Source: Candidatus Eiseniibacteriota bacterium (GTDB lineage Bacteria > Eisenbacteria > RBG-16-71-46 > CAZAMP01). From it: a DNA stretch of 64,000 nt. The stretch lies in contig OZ245046.1 in the NCBI GenBank assembly GCA_965224245.1, positions 5,600,001 through 5,664,000 of the forward strand, written 5' to 3'. Positions 10,252 to 19,956 of this stretch are shown one piece after another. Position 1 is the stretch's first letter, and each line of letters begins with the position of its first letter. The position numbers and the translations under genes are program-made. Below the pieces are notes generated by a model, which was not told the DNA's origin, searched no databases, and saw only the letters and a program-made list of their open reading frames with translations.

Positions 10252-10352
10252 ACCCGGGTACGGTCAATCTCCGGTTTCCGCGCGGCTTTCGGCTCCCACC
10301 GAGATCACACGGCTTCCGCCCGGGGCTCGGGGACGGTCGGGTCGCCCGCCCG

Positions 10353-11936
10353 TCAGCGCGATCGCCAGACGATCCGGCTCGCCTCCGAAGAGCGTCCATC
10401 GTCCCAGCGCGCACGGACGAAGTAGGTGGCGGAGGCGACCCATCGTCGGTGGTGATCGCGACCGTCCCACCAGATCTCCCGCCCCCTTCGCGGGAGTCGG
10501 ACCACGTGCCGTCCGGAGGCGTCGAAGACATCGAACGCGCGGGCAAGGGCGCCGTCGCGGTCCGCCGGAGCCGTGATCCGCAGCCGCCCACACGCCGGGT
10601 TCGGGAACACCACCGGCTGGACGGGTGGGGTCGAGGGTCCATGGGGAGCCTCGATCGTGTCGACCATGAACGGCACCCACACGCTGCCGCTGTGGCCGTC
10701 GTGCCCCGGTGCCCCGACCGCGAGGTCCACGACACCATCGCCGTTCAGGTCGCCGAGCGGTGTGATGCCGCGACCGAGCTCGGAGCGAACCTCCAGGGGG
10801 CCGGTGAAGCCGCCCCTGTCCTGTCCGATCAAGAGCTCCGACTTCACGGTGGCGTCCGCATTCAGGCACAACACCCAGGCCGCGCCGTAGCGGTAGTCGT
10901 CGTCCATCGGAAACTCGTCGTACCCGATCGCGCCGACCAGGAGATCGGTGACGCCGTCGCCGTCGGCATCATCCACCGATGCGACCGCCGTTCCGAAGAA
11001 GTCGTACTGGTAGAACGTCTGCTGAAGACCGCCTTCACCTTCCGCGATCAGATGCCACTCACGAGCGCTCCCGTCCGGATTCAGCAGGATGATCCAGACG
11101 GCGCCCTCCCCGGGGTGCTCGCCGTTGTGTGACGGTACCCCGACGGCGATGTCGGTGGTTCCGTCGCCGTCGAAGTCCCCGATCGCATCGCACGCCGCAC
11201 CGAAGCTGTGGCTCGACGGAGACGAGACGATCGGCGTCTCGCCGATGACGGTGCCGTCGGCCCCGAGCTTCAGGATCCACACGGTCGCCTGCGACCCGAC
11301 CGCAACGTCCGGTGTGCCGTTGCCGTCGAAGTCGCCCAGCGGGGCGAGCGCTCGGCCGAAGTATCCCAGTCGACCCGTGTAGGCATCCCCGTCGATCCGG
11401 TGATCCTCTCGCACCGTGCCGTCGTCGTTCATCCACAGGATCCAGACGGCGCCGACGTTCTCCTCGCCGAGATCGACCCCGGGCGCACCGACCGCCAGGT
11501 CGGTCACGTGATCGCCGTCGAGGTCGCCGAGGGGGATGGCCCTCCACCCGAAGTAATCGCCATCGGCGAGCGTTCCCGAGATTCCGCCAGGACCGTCGGA
11601 GATCTTCGTCCAGTCGTACGCGGTTCCATCGGGGCTCAGATGGACGATCCACACCGCGCCCTTCGACACGGCGTCGTCGAAGTCCACCGGGGCGCCGACG
11701 AGGAGGTCCGTGACGCCGTCACCGTCGGCGTCACCCAGGCTGGACACGTCGCACCCGAACTCGCTGATGATGATCTGGCCGCCGAACCCACCCGACCCCT
11801 GGCCGATCCGCACCTCGTCGACGACCTGGCCCGGGCCGCTCGCCCCCCGGCCCGGCAGTGTGCTCAGGGCGAGCGAGACCCACGCGACGCGGGTCGCGAT
11901 GCAGCACGAGCGTATCGCGTGTCGGCCGCTCTTCAT
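10353..11936 (-). CDS. Secreted FG-GAP/integrin-alpha-like beta-propeller protein with C-terminal FlgD-Ig/T9SS-like domain
   Basis: Repeated GDxDGDGxxDLxVGAP motifs; signal peptide; tail VFPNPA...FDVFDASGRHV...WDGRD...SATYFVR. Confidence 0.85.
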   Translation of the reverse strand: MKSGRHAIRSCCIATRVAWVSLALSTLPGRGASGPGQVVDEVRIGQGSGGFGGQIIISEFGCDVSSLGDADGDGVTDLLVGAPVDFDDAVSKGAVWIVHLSPDGTAYDWTKISDGPGGISGTLADGDYFGWRAIPLGDLDGDHVTDLAVGAPGVDLGEENVGAVWILWMNDDGTVREDHRIDGDAYTGRLGYFGRALAPLGDFDGNGTPDVAVGSQATVWILKLGADGTVIGETPIVSSPSSHSFGAACDAIGDFDGDGTTDIAVGVPSHNGEHPGEGAVWIILLNPDGSAREWHLIAEGEGGLQQTFYQYDFFGTAVASVDDADGDGVTDLLVGAIGYDEFPMDDDYRYGAAWVLCLNADATVKSELLIGQDRGGFTGPLEVRSELGRGITPLGDLNGDGVVDLAVGAPGHDGHSGSVWVPFMVDTIEAPHGPSTPPVQPVVFPNPACGRLRITAPADRDGALARAFDVFDASGRHVVRLPRRGREIWWDGRDHHRRWVASATYFVRARWDDGRSSEASRIVWRSR

Positions 11937-12015
11937 CGGAATGCCGATCCCTTCTCCACCGAGGGCCGTCGGAGGCACCCGGCTCGAGCCGGGGGCCGGC
12001 GCGGAGGTCGACGCG

Positions 12016-13254
12016 CTACCGCGAGGTGGCCGCGTAGAGCCCCTTGATGCGCGCCCACGTCACCGGCCGCGTCGGGGACGAATCGAGGGGGACGATCATC
12101 GACGTCAGCTCGTCGAAGCTGCAGGCGAGCCCCTCGTAGCGGTGTGTGACCACGATCTCGCGGTCTCCTCCGGACGCATACTCGTGCGTCAACGTCCGGA
12201 ACGTCTCGCCCTCGACGAACCACCCGGCGTCCTCCGGCTCTCCGGAGTCGTCCCAGTTTACCGCCGCATCCGAAAGGTACGGAAGACGGATGTCCGAAGC
12301 CGTGTACAGGTATACGAGGTAGGGTGGCCCACCGGGTTCGCGGCTCACCTCGAGCTCGACCGACGGCGGCACCAGTGTGAGCCGCCACTCCTCGCGCGCA
12401 GTCGAGTCCTTGCACCACCAGGCCTCGGCGGTGGCCGTGATCGTGTGGGTGCCCGGACAGGTGAACGTGTGGTGGAGATCCAGATCCAGGACGGGGACAT
12501 ACGCCTCGATCTCGCCGCTCGCCCACGTTTCCCCGTCGCCGAAGTCCAGCTCGACGTGTCGGATGCCCGAGCAGTCCTCGTCGATCACCGAGCCCGTGAT
12601 GTGCGCGGTCGCCGGGGCGCGCTCCGAGTCGAGGACGATCTCGACCTCGAAGCTCGGGGGATACGCCGGCTGCACCATGCACAGCTCGAGGAGCGTGAAG
12701 CCCGACGCGGCCACCCAGCGCGCCAGCTCCGGATCCTGCATGCGCCAGAGGTACTCGGTCTCGTACGCGGCGTCGAGGCGTTCGGCCAGGCCCCGGCCCG
12801 CCGATTGCTCGATCAGGTACCCGACCGCGCAGATCCGGCCGCGTCGATCGATGAAGCACGGGCGGCTCTCGCCCGGCACCCGGTCGTTCCGTGGGAAGAG
12901 ACCGGCGTCGACGTAGTCGCGGAGCGCCGCGAGGTGACGCCGGCGGGCGTTGCGACGCTCGGCGGGCAGCTCCGAGACGTCGCGTCGCGACAGGAGCGCG
13001 TGCACGAACTCGAGGTGGGTCCGGATCCGGTCGTCCGGATCGGTGCCGGGCGACGGCACGGTGCCGTACCGGGCCACGTAGCTGGCGTCACCCAGCACCG
13101 CGTTGATGGTGTGGCGGCCGCCGATCGCCACGTCGTCGAGTCCTCCCGGGGCTCGGGCCACCGTGGGCCGAGGGGGCGAGACGACGATCAGGACCAGGAG
13201 CAAGAGGCTCGAGATGGAAGGGACGGCGATGCGTTCGGACATGGGGAGCTCCAA
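12016..13254 (-). CDS. Secreted hypothetical protein: uncharacterised N-terminal domain, PKD-like domain(s) and a TW-x-x-IK-x-LY tail
   Basis: Signal peptide; FPRN...PCFID..GRICAVGYLI...QPAY block; PKD-like LDFGDGE..HTF..PGTHTIT and VNWDD..HEY..GG; ends PTRPVTWARIKGLYAATSR. Start may be 13242. Confidence 0.75.
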   Translation of the reverse strand: MELPMSERIAVPSISSLLLLVLIVVSPPRPTVARAPGGLDDVAIGGRHTINAVLGDASYVARYGTVPSPGTDPDDRIRTHLEFVHALLSRRDVSELPAERRNARRRHLAALRDYVDAGLFPRNDRVPGESRPCFIDRRGRICAVGYLIEQSAGRGLAERLDAAYETEYLWRMQDPELARWVAASGFTLLELCMVQPAYPPSFEVEIVLDSERAPATAHITGSVIDEDCSGIRHVELDFGDGETWASGEIEAYVPVLDLDLHHTFTCPGTHTITATAEAWWCKDSTAREEWRLTLVPPSVELEVSREPGGPPYLVYLYTASDIRLPYLSDAAVNWDDSGEPEDAGWFVEGETFRTLTHEYASGGDREIVVTHRYEGLACSFDELTSMIVPLDSSPTRPVTWARIKGLYAATSR

Positions 13255-13330
13255 CGAATGCGGTGATTCGCCGGAGACCTGCGAGGTGCCCGAAGTCTAT
13301 CGCAGACCGGCCGCCGCCGGAAGCGGCGCA

Positions 13331-16300
13331 TCAGGTGACCGGCGCGTCGGGGGCCGGCGCCACCGCGAACCACCGGTAGAGGGCCGGGATCACCAGCAGC
13401 GTCAGCAGCGTCGACGTCACGAGACCACCCAGCACCACCGTAGCCAGCGGGCGCTGCACCTCGCTGCCGGTCCCCGTCGCGACCAGGAGCGGAATCAATC
13501 CGAGAGACGTCGTCGTCGCCGTCATCAGCACCGGACGCAGCCGCAGGCACGCGCCCCGCACCGACGCCACGGCCACCGGCATCCCCGCGCGCCGGAGCTG
13601 ATTCAGGTAGGTCACGAGCACCATCCCGTTCTCGAGCGCGATCCCCAGAAGCGCGATGAAGCCCACCGACGCCGGGACCGAGAGGTTCTGTCCCGTCAGC
13701 GCGAGCGCGACCACGCCCCCCACGAGCGCCAGCGGAATGTTCAGGAGGATCAGGAACGATCCACGCAGCGACCCGAAGCTCGCGAACAGAAGCAGGAACA
13801 CGCCGAGCAGCGTGATCGGCACCACGAGACGGAGTCTCCGGTTGGCGTCCTCCTGAAGCCGGAACTGGCCGCCCCAGGTGACCCGGTAGCCCGGGGGCAG
13901 CACGACCTCGCGTGTGATCGCCTGGCGGGCCTCGGCCACGAACCCGCCGATGTCACGGTCCACCACGTTGCACTGGACGGTGATGAAGCGCTGATTGTCC
14001 TCGCGGGTGATCTGGCGAGGGCCGACGATCTCCTCGACGTACGCGAGCTCGTGGAGCGGGATCTCGACGCCGTCGGGGCTCGTCACCAGGATGCGCCGGA
14101 TCGCCTCCACGTCCTCCCGCGCGTCGGGCTCGTAACGGACGAGGATGTCGATGCGGCGGGTCCCCTCGAAGATCTCGCCCGCCACCTCGCCGCCGACGGC
14201 GGCCCGCACCACGTGCTGCACGTCGGCCACGTTCATGCCGTAGCGTGCGATGGCCGGCCGATCGATCCGCACCAGGACCTGCGGGATGCCGCTGATCTGA
14301 TCCACCTGCACGTCGGTCGCACCGGGGACACGCTCGACGACCTCGGCGATCGCGGCGGCCTGTTCACCCAGCGCGTCCAGGTCCTCGCCGAAGAGCTTGA
14401 TCGCCAGCTCCGCGCGGACGCCCTCGAGGAGCTCGTCCACGGTCATCTCGATGGGCTGGGTCAGCGTGACCCGCATGCCGGGCACCTCGCCGAGCTCGCT
14501 CCGGATCAGGTGCTCGATGTCCTCCTGGTTGCGTGCCGTGCGCCACTCCGACTCCGGGGTCAGGAGCACGAACATCTCGGCGCTGTTGATCGGGTCCGCG
14601 TGCGCACCCACCTCGCCGCGACCGATGCGGGTGACGACCTCGCGCACCTCGGGGATGCGGAGGAGCCGGCGCTCGACGATCTGCGTCGAGCGAGTGCTCT
14701 CGCGCAGCGAGATCGACGGCGCCATCGTCAGACGCACCACGATCGTGCCCTCGCGGAGCCTCGGCGTGAACTCCGATCCGAGCCTCGGGAACACGAGGGC
14801 GCCGACCGCCAGAAGCCCCAGGGCCAGCCCGACCGCCCCCCATCGCCGGCGGACGAAGAACGACACCAGCGGGCGGTACGGCACGAGCAGCGCGCGCACC
14901 ACGGCGGGCTCGCACGGATCGGATCCCGTCGGCGGCACGTCGCCGGAGTCGACCGGCGGCGATGCCGTGCGTGAGTCCCGGGATCGCGGTCCTCGCATGA
15001 GCGTCTGTCCGAGCATCGGCGCCAGCACGAGCGCGAACGTGAGCGAGCCCAGCATGGCCAGCGCGACCGTGTACGCGAGCGGCCGGAACGTCTTGCCCTC
15101 CACACCCTCCAGCGTGAACAGGGGCAGGAAGACCACGATGATGATCGAGATCGCGAAGGCGATGGGGCGACCGACCTCGCGACACGCGCGGGAGACCGTC
15201 CGGTGCCGCGGTTCGTCCGCCGGCGCCCCACGCTGTACGCGGTCCACGTTCTCGACCATGACGATGGTGCCGTCCACCATCATGCCGATCGCGATGGCCA
15301 GCCCGCCGAGCGACATCAGGTTGGCCGACATGCCGAAACGGCTCATGGCCAGGAACGCGAACAGCACCGAGAACGGGATCGACAGCGCGACCACGAGGCT
15401 CGGCCGGAAGCCGCCCATGAACACCAGCAACACCACGGCGACCAGCACGACGCCCTGCAGGAGCGCGCGGGTGACGGTGGCCACCGCGGCCTCGACGAGG
15501 CTCTTCTGCTCGTAGTACGGGACGATCCGGACGCCGTCGGGCAGGATGTCGTTGATCTCCTCGAGTCGCGCCTCGACGCCGGCGATCACGGTGGACGAGT
15601 TCGTGCCAAAGAGCTTCACGACCATCCCCGAGACCACCTCGGAGACGCCGTCTCGCGTTTGCACGCCGCGCCGCGTCGCGCCGCCGACGACCACGTCCGC
15701 CACGTCGCGCAGGAACACCGAGCGACCGTCCTCGCTCTTCACGACGATCGAGCGAAGGTCCTCCATGCCCGTGGCCAGGCCAACCGAGCGCACGACGAAC
15801 TCCTCACCGTTCTTCTCGATGAACTGTGCTCCGACGTTCAGGTTGTTGGCCCGGATGCGATCGATCACGGCCCCCAGCGTCAGGTCGAAGCGCTGGAGCT
15901 CCTCGGGGTGCACGACCACGTGGAACTGCTTCTCGTACCCGCCGATGCCGAGCACCTCGGTGACACCGGGCACGGTCTGGAGCTGGAACTTGACCAGCCA
16001 GTCCTGGATCGTGCGGAGCTCCTCGAGCGAGTACTGCCCGGTCGTGTCGTCGAGGTAGTAGAAGAGGACGAGACCCATCCCGGTGGCGATGGGGCCCATC
16101 TCCGGCGATCCGAACCCGTCGGGGATCTCCTCGCGCGCTTCCTGAAGGCGCTCACCCACGAGCTGACGGGCGAAGTACACGTCCACGTCGTCCTCGAACG
16201 TGACGTTCACCACCGAGAGCCCGAAGTTCGAGACCGACCGCACCTTCGTGACCCCGGGGAGGCCCGTCATGGCCGCCTCGACGGGCACCGTGACGAACTT

Positions 16301-16486
16301 CTCGATCTCCTCGGGGGCCAGTCCGTCGGTCACCGTGAACACCTGGACGAGATGCGGCGACACGTCGGGAAACGCGTCCACCGGGAGGCCCGTGTACGCC
16401 CGATACCCGGCTGCCATGACGACGAGGGCGAGCACCGTGGTGAGGAGACGGTTCCGCAGGCCGAACTCGATGACGCGGTCGAACAT
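13331..16486 (-). CDS. CusA/CzcA family heavy-metal RND efflux transporter
   Basis: LPVDAFPD, ANLMSLGGLAIAIGMMVDGTIVMVEN, RLRPVLMTA and GSEVQRPLA motifs; 1051 aa from ATG 16486. Confidence 0.95.
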   Translation of the reverse strand: MFDRVIEFGLRNRLLTTVLALVVMAAGYRAYTGLPVDAFPDVSPHLVQVFTVTDGLAPEEIEKFVTVPVEAAMTGLPGVTKVRSVSNFGLSVVNVTFEDDVDVYFARQLVGERLQEAREEIPDGFGSPEMGPIATGMGLVLFYYLDDTTGQYSLEELRTIQDWLVKFQLQTVPGVTEVLGIGGYEKQFHVVVHPEELQRFDLTLGAVIDRIRANNLNVGAQFIEKNGEEFVVRSVGLATGMEDLRSIVVKSEDGRSVFLRDVADVVVGGATRRGVQTRDGVSEVVSGMVVKLFGTNSSTVIAGVEARLEEINDILPDGVRIVPYYEQKSLVEAAVATVTRALLQGVVLVAVVLLVFMGGFRPSLVVALSIPFSVLFAFLAMSRFGMSANLMSLGGLAIAIGMMVDGTIVMVENVDRVQRGAPADEPRHRTVSRACREVGRPIAFAISIIIVVFLPLFTLEGVEGKTFRPLAYTVALAMLGSLTFALVLAPMLGQTLMRGPRSRDSRTASPPVDSGDVPPTGSDPCEPAVVRALLVPYRPLVSFFVRRRWGAVGLALGLLAVGALVFPRLGSEFTPRLREGTIVVRLTMAPSISLRESTRSTQIVERRLLRIPEVREVVTRIGRGEVGAHADPINSAEMFVLLTPESEWRTARNQEDIEHLIRSELGEVPGMRVTLTQPIEMTVDELLEGVRAELAIKLFGEDLDALGEQAAAIAEVVERVPGATDVQVDQISGIPQVLVRIDRPAIARYGMNVADVQHVVRAAVGGEVAGEIFEGTRRIDILVRYEPDAREDVEAIRRILVTSPDGVEIPLHELAYVEEIVGPRQITREDNQRFITVQCNVVDRDIGGFVAEARQAITREVVLPPGYRVTWGGQFRLQEDANRRLRLVVPITLLGVFLLLFASFGSLRGSFLILLNIPLALVGGVVALALTGQNLSVPASVGFIALLGIALENGMVLVTYLNQLRRAGMPVAVASVRGACLRLRPVLMTATTTSLGLIPLLVATGTGSEVQRPLATVVLGGLVTSTLLTLLVIPALYRWFAVAPAPDAPVT

Positions 16487-16497
16487 CGCGGCGCTCC

Positions 16498-17535
16498 TCA
16501 GTGTGCGTGACCGTCGCCGAACGACGCCTTGCCCAGCTCGGCCTTCAAGGTGAACGATCCATCGGCGACGTAGTGATCGCCGGCGCTCAGTCCACTCAGC
16601 ACCTCGATCCGATCGTGGCCGCGGCGGCCGAGATCGAGTGGGCGGGCCTCGAACCCCTCCGGGGTCTCCACGAACGCCACCGTCACGCCGTCGATCGTCT
16701 GAAGCGCCGTCCGGGGCACGGCCACCGGAACGTCCACCGCCTCCACGAGCACCTGCGCGGTCACGAACATACCCGGTCGCCATACCCCGTCGAGGTTGGG
16801 CAGGACGATCCGCGCGGTGGCCGTTCGCGTGTGCTCGTCGACGGTCGGGGTCACGTAGGCGAGGGTCGCGTGATCGTCCATGGGATCGTGCCCCACGTAC
16901 AGCCTCGCGCTCTGGCCGACGCGCACGCGATCGAGGTCCTGCTGGTACACGGCGAGATCGATCCACACCGACGAGAGGTCGGCGATCACGAAGGCGTCTC
17001 GGTCACGAGAGACGGCCTCTCCGAGCGTGATGTGCTTGGCGATGACGGTGCCGGCGATCAGCGTCTTCACCTCGAACGGGGCCAGGCTCTCGTCGCTCTC
17101 GACGACGGCCAGCACCCGGCCCTTCTCGACGCGATCGCCGATGTTCGTGCGGACGTCGGTCACGATGCCCGAGTACCGGGGCACGATGTGGGCGAGCCGA
17201 TCCCCGTTGGCGCGAACCTCTCCGGGGAGCTGGACGCGGCTCTCGAGACGACCGGCGCCGGCGACCGCGATCTGGACTCCGAACTCCTCCAGCTCGCGGG
17301 CGCTCAGGCGTACGAGATCGCGGTGGGCTTCGTCGTGGTCGTCGTGGTCGTCATGGTCGTCATGGTCGTCGTGTGCGTCGCCGTCGGCTCCGGCGTGCGC
17401 ATGCGCGTGACCGCCGGCATCGGGATCGGGATCGCTCGAGACGGCCTCGGACGACACGCTCGTCGCGAGGCCGACGGCGAGGAGCACGGCACCGAGCAGG
17501 GTCGGGCGCCACGCGAACGACGGGTGTCGCATCAT
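16498..17535 (-). CDS. CzcB-like RND periplasmic adaptor with His/Asp-rich N-terminus
   Basis: ATGA overlap with the TolC gene stop; HAHAH...HDDHDDHDDHDDHDEAH; IADLSSVW, TRTATARI..N..G.WRPGMF; ends GHAH. Confidence 0.92.
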   Translation of the reverse strand: MMRHPSFAWRPTLLGAVLLAVGLATSVSSEAVSSDPDPDAGGHAHAHAGADGDAHDDHDDHDDHDDHDEAHRDLVRLSARELEEFGVQIAVAGAGRLESRVQLPGEVRANGDRLAHIVPRYSGIVTDVRTNIGDRVEKGRVLAVVESDESLAPFEVKTLIAGTVIAKHITLGEAVSRDRDAFVIADLSSVWIDLAVYQQDLDRVRVGQSARLYVGHDPMDDHATLAYVTPTVDEHTRTATARIVLPNLDGVWRPGMFVTAQVLVEAVDVPVAVPRTALQTIDGVTVAFVETPEGFEARPLDLGRRGHDRIEVLSGLSAGDHYVADGSFTLKAELGKASFGDGHAH

Positions 17536-18833
17536 CGGGAGACCTCCGTATCGGCGTCGCCCGGCATGGCCGGTCCGACCAGTCGGTGAATGTCGGCGAT
17601 CGCGTCGTGGTGTCGAACGAGGGCGGTCACGTACCGGCGGCGGAGCTCGTACAGCGTGCGTTCGGCGTCGAGCACGTCGGTCAATCGCATCGGACCGCGG
17701 AGGTAAGCCTCGCGTGCGGCGGCAAAGGCCGCACGAGCGCTCGGGATCACCTCGTCGCGTAGCGTGATCACCTCCAGCTCGGCCGCGCGAAGGTGCGCGT
17801 AAGACACGGCCAGCTCGGTGGTCACGCTCACGGTCGCGGCACGTCGTCGCTCCTCCGCGGCCTGGAGCTCGAACGCGGCGGCACGGGACCGGTCGGTGTT
17901 CCGGTCGAAGAGGGGTAGTGGGATTCCCAGCTGGACGATCAGCGAGGCATCGCCCGGGTCCTCGGCGTAGCGAATGCCGGCGCCCAGCGTGAGATCGGGC
18001 ACCCCCTCGGCCCGGGCGAGCGCGAGCGCGGCACGCCGGTGCGCGAGCTCGGCCGACCACGTGCGAACCGCCGGCGCATCGCCCACTCGCGCTCTCAGGA
18101 CGTCGAGCGGCTCCACGGACGAGAGGGCCTCGAGATCGCCGGTCAGGTCCATCGTGATCGCCGTGGTGTCACCCCAGGTTGCGGCGAGACGATGTCGCGC
18201 CGCGGTCAGCGCCCGGCGCGCCTGCTCGTGGTCGATGCGACTGGTCTCGAGCGCCACGCGGGCTCGGGAGGCCTCGATGGTCGACACCGATCCCGCCTCG
18301 ACCCGCCGAGCGACCGCGGTCAGAACCTCCTCCGCCACGCCCACCAGATCCCCGGCGACCGCGACGTTCTCCTCGGCGGCCAGGACGGCGGTGAACGCCC
18401 TGGTGACCTCGGCGATGGTCTCGCGCCGGGCCGCCTCGATCGCCACGTCGGACAGGTGGCGATCGCGGGATGCGACGTGCCGCCGCCGGTCGCGCTTCCC
18501 GCCGAGCTCGATCCGCTGCGACAGCCCGACCGTCGTCTCCGCACCGTTTCTCCGGGTGGCCAGATTCTCGACCTCCACGCCGAGCTCGGGGTTGGGACGG
18601 CGCCCTGCCTGCTCGACGTCGGCGATGCGGGCCAGGCGCTCGGTGCTCAGGGCGACCAGCCTCGGATTGGCGGCCAGGGCCAGCTCGCGCGCCGCGTCGA
18701 GGGTCAGGGGTTCTTTCGGGCCGGGAGTCGGTCGGTCGGACGCGGGCGCCGACGCGGCCACGAGTACCGTGATCGCCACGAGCACGATCGCCTCGCCGGC
18801 GGCGCGCACGTGTCGTCGTGAATGTCGAGACAT
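17532..18833 (-). CDS. CzcC/TolC family outer-membrane efflux protein
   Basis: Signal peptide, ALAANPRL, SQRIELGGKR, IPLPLFDRN and duplicated OEP repeats; first gene of the CBA triad. Confidence 0.92.
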   Translation of the reverse strand: MSRHSRRHVRAAGEAIVLVAITVLVAASAPASDRPTPGPKEPLTLDAARELALAANPRLVALSTERLARIADVEQAGRRPNPELGVEVENLATRRNGAETTVGLSQRIELGGKRDRRRHVASRDRHLSDVAIEAARRETIAEVTRAFTAVLAAEENVAVAGDLVGVAEEVLTAVARRVEAGSVSTIEASRARVALETSRIDHEQARRALTAARHRLAATWGDTTAITMDLTGDLEALSSVEPLDVLRARVGDAPAVRTWSAELAHRRAALALARAEGVPDLTLGAGIRYAEDPGDASLIVQLGIPLPLFDRNTDRSRAAAFELQAAEERRRAATVSVTTELAVSYAHLRAAELEVITLRDEVIPSARAAFAAAREAYLRGPMRLTDVLDAERTLYELRRRYVTALVRHHDAIADIHRLVGPAMPGDADTEVSR

Positions 18834-18911
18834 GACGAGACGATCCCGTTTGGGTTGAGGTCGACGATGAACGAGGGCGGGGTCCGCGCGTGAGCCGCGG
18901 GCGGGAGGCGA

Positions 18912-19232
18912 TCAGGATCGGAGCGGGAGGTCGCTCTTCGGGCGCGGCAGGTTGATCCGGGGCTCGACCTGGCGGCAGGACGATGGGCCGGAGTCCGGGC
19001 GATCCGGGACGACGCGAGCCGGTGCCGCGATCGCGGGAGACCCCACACTGGACGGCGCACTCGTGACGGTCACGAACACGTCCACGCATCGATCGTCGGG
19101 GCAGGACGCTTCGTGCGAGCACGACACGACCTCGCACCCACCACAGCCGTGGTGCGACGCGTCGACCGAGCAGAACACCGGGATTCCCAGGGTCGCCCAG
19201 AGCAAGAGAGCGACGAGTGCATGACGCAGCAT
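18912..19232 (-). CDS. Small Cys/His-rich exported protein upstream of czcCBA (CzcI-like position)
   Basis: 106 aa: MLRHALVALLLWATLGIPVFC..HHGCGGCEVVSCSHEASCPDDRC...INLPRPKSDLPLRS. Same strand, 78 bp upstream of czcC. Confidence 0.6.
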   Translation of the reverse strand: MLRHALVALLLWATLGIPVFCSVDASHHGCGGCEVVSCSHEASCPDDRCVDVFVTVTSAPSSVGSPAIAAPARVVPDRPDSGPSSCRQVEPRINLPRPKSDLPLRS

Positions 19233-19473
19233 GCCCGATACGCTAGCCGATGGACCGCGGCGACGGCAACCCCCGAGACCGACCCACGGGCCGGCCGCCC
19301 CGCCCCGGAGACCGTGTCGGAACTCCGCCCTCGCATCGCACGGTCTCGCACCGCATACTCTGCGGGTACCGTTCGGTCCGGCGGAGCCCGAGGCCGGGCG
19401 TGTCACGCATCTCGCAATCGCAGCGCCGCCGCACATGGCGCGGCGAGCGTCACCCATCACCTGCAACGTCGGG

Positions 19474-19956
19474 ATGTCGCCGAGCGTGCAGAGAGTCATC
19501 GGCTGGCGCGAGTGGGTCGCCTTGCCGAGGTTCGGCATCGAGTCGATCAAGGCCAAGGTCGACAGCGGCGCGCGGACCTCGTCACTACACGCGTTCGACA
19601 TCGAGGAGTTCCGTCGCGGTGGCCGCGACATGGTCCGGTTCAACCTGCACCCCGAGCAGCGCCGCTCACATCCGGTGATCGCGGTCGAGACGCCGCTCGC
19701 CGATCGCCGCCGGGTGACGCCGTCCAGCGGTCACTCCGAGATGCGTCCGGTCGTTCGCACCGAGATCGCGCTGCTCGGCGAGCGGTGGGAGGTCGAGTTC
19801 ACGCTGACGTCCCGCGACGCGATGGGGTTCCGCATGCTTCTCGGCCGCCAGGCGATTCGTCGGCGCTTCTTGATCGACACGGGACGCTCGTTCGTGAACG
19901 GACGGCGCGTCAAGGGCACGCGACGTCTCGCGACGAGAGGAGTCCGTAAACGATGA
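19474..19956 (+). CDS. RimK-associated retropepsin-like protease (RimB/DUF785 type)
   Basis: [21 protein letters not shown] and [15 protein letters not shown] motifs; stop overlaps the rimK start. Exact start uncertain. Confidence 0.88.
   Translation: MSPSVQRVIGWREWVALPRFGIESIKAKVDSGARTSSLHAFDIEEFRRGGRDMVRFNLHPEQRRSHPVIAVETPLADRRRVTPSSGHSEMRPVVRTEIALLGERWEVEFTLTSRDAMGFRMLLGRQAIRRRFLIDTGRSFVNGRRVKGTRRLATRGVRKR

Noticed and set aside
17331-17375. 9-bp tandem repeat as a regulatory or phase-variable element
   Set aside because: It is in frame and encodes the HDD metal-binding tract commonly seen in CzcB-like adaptors.
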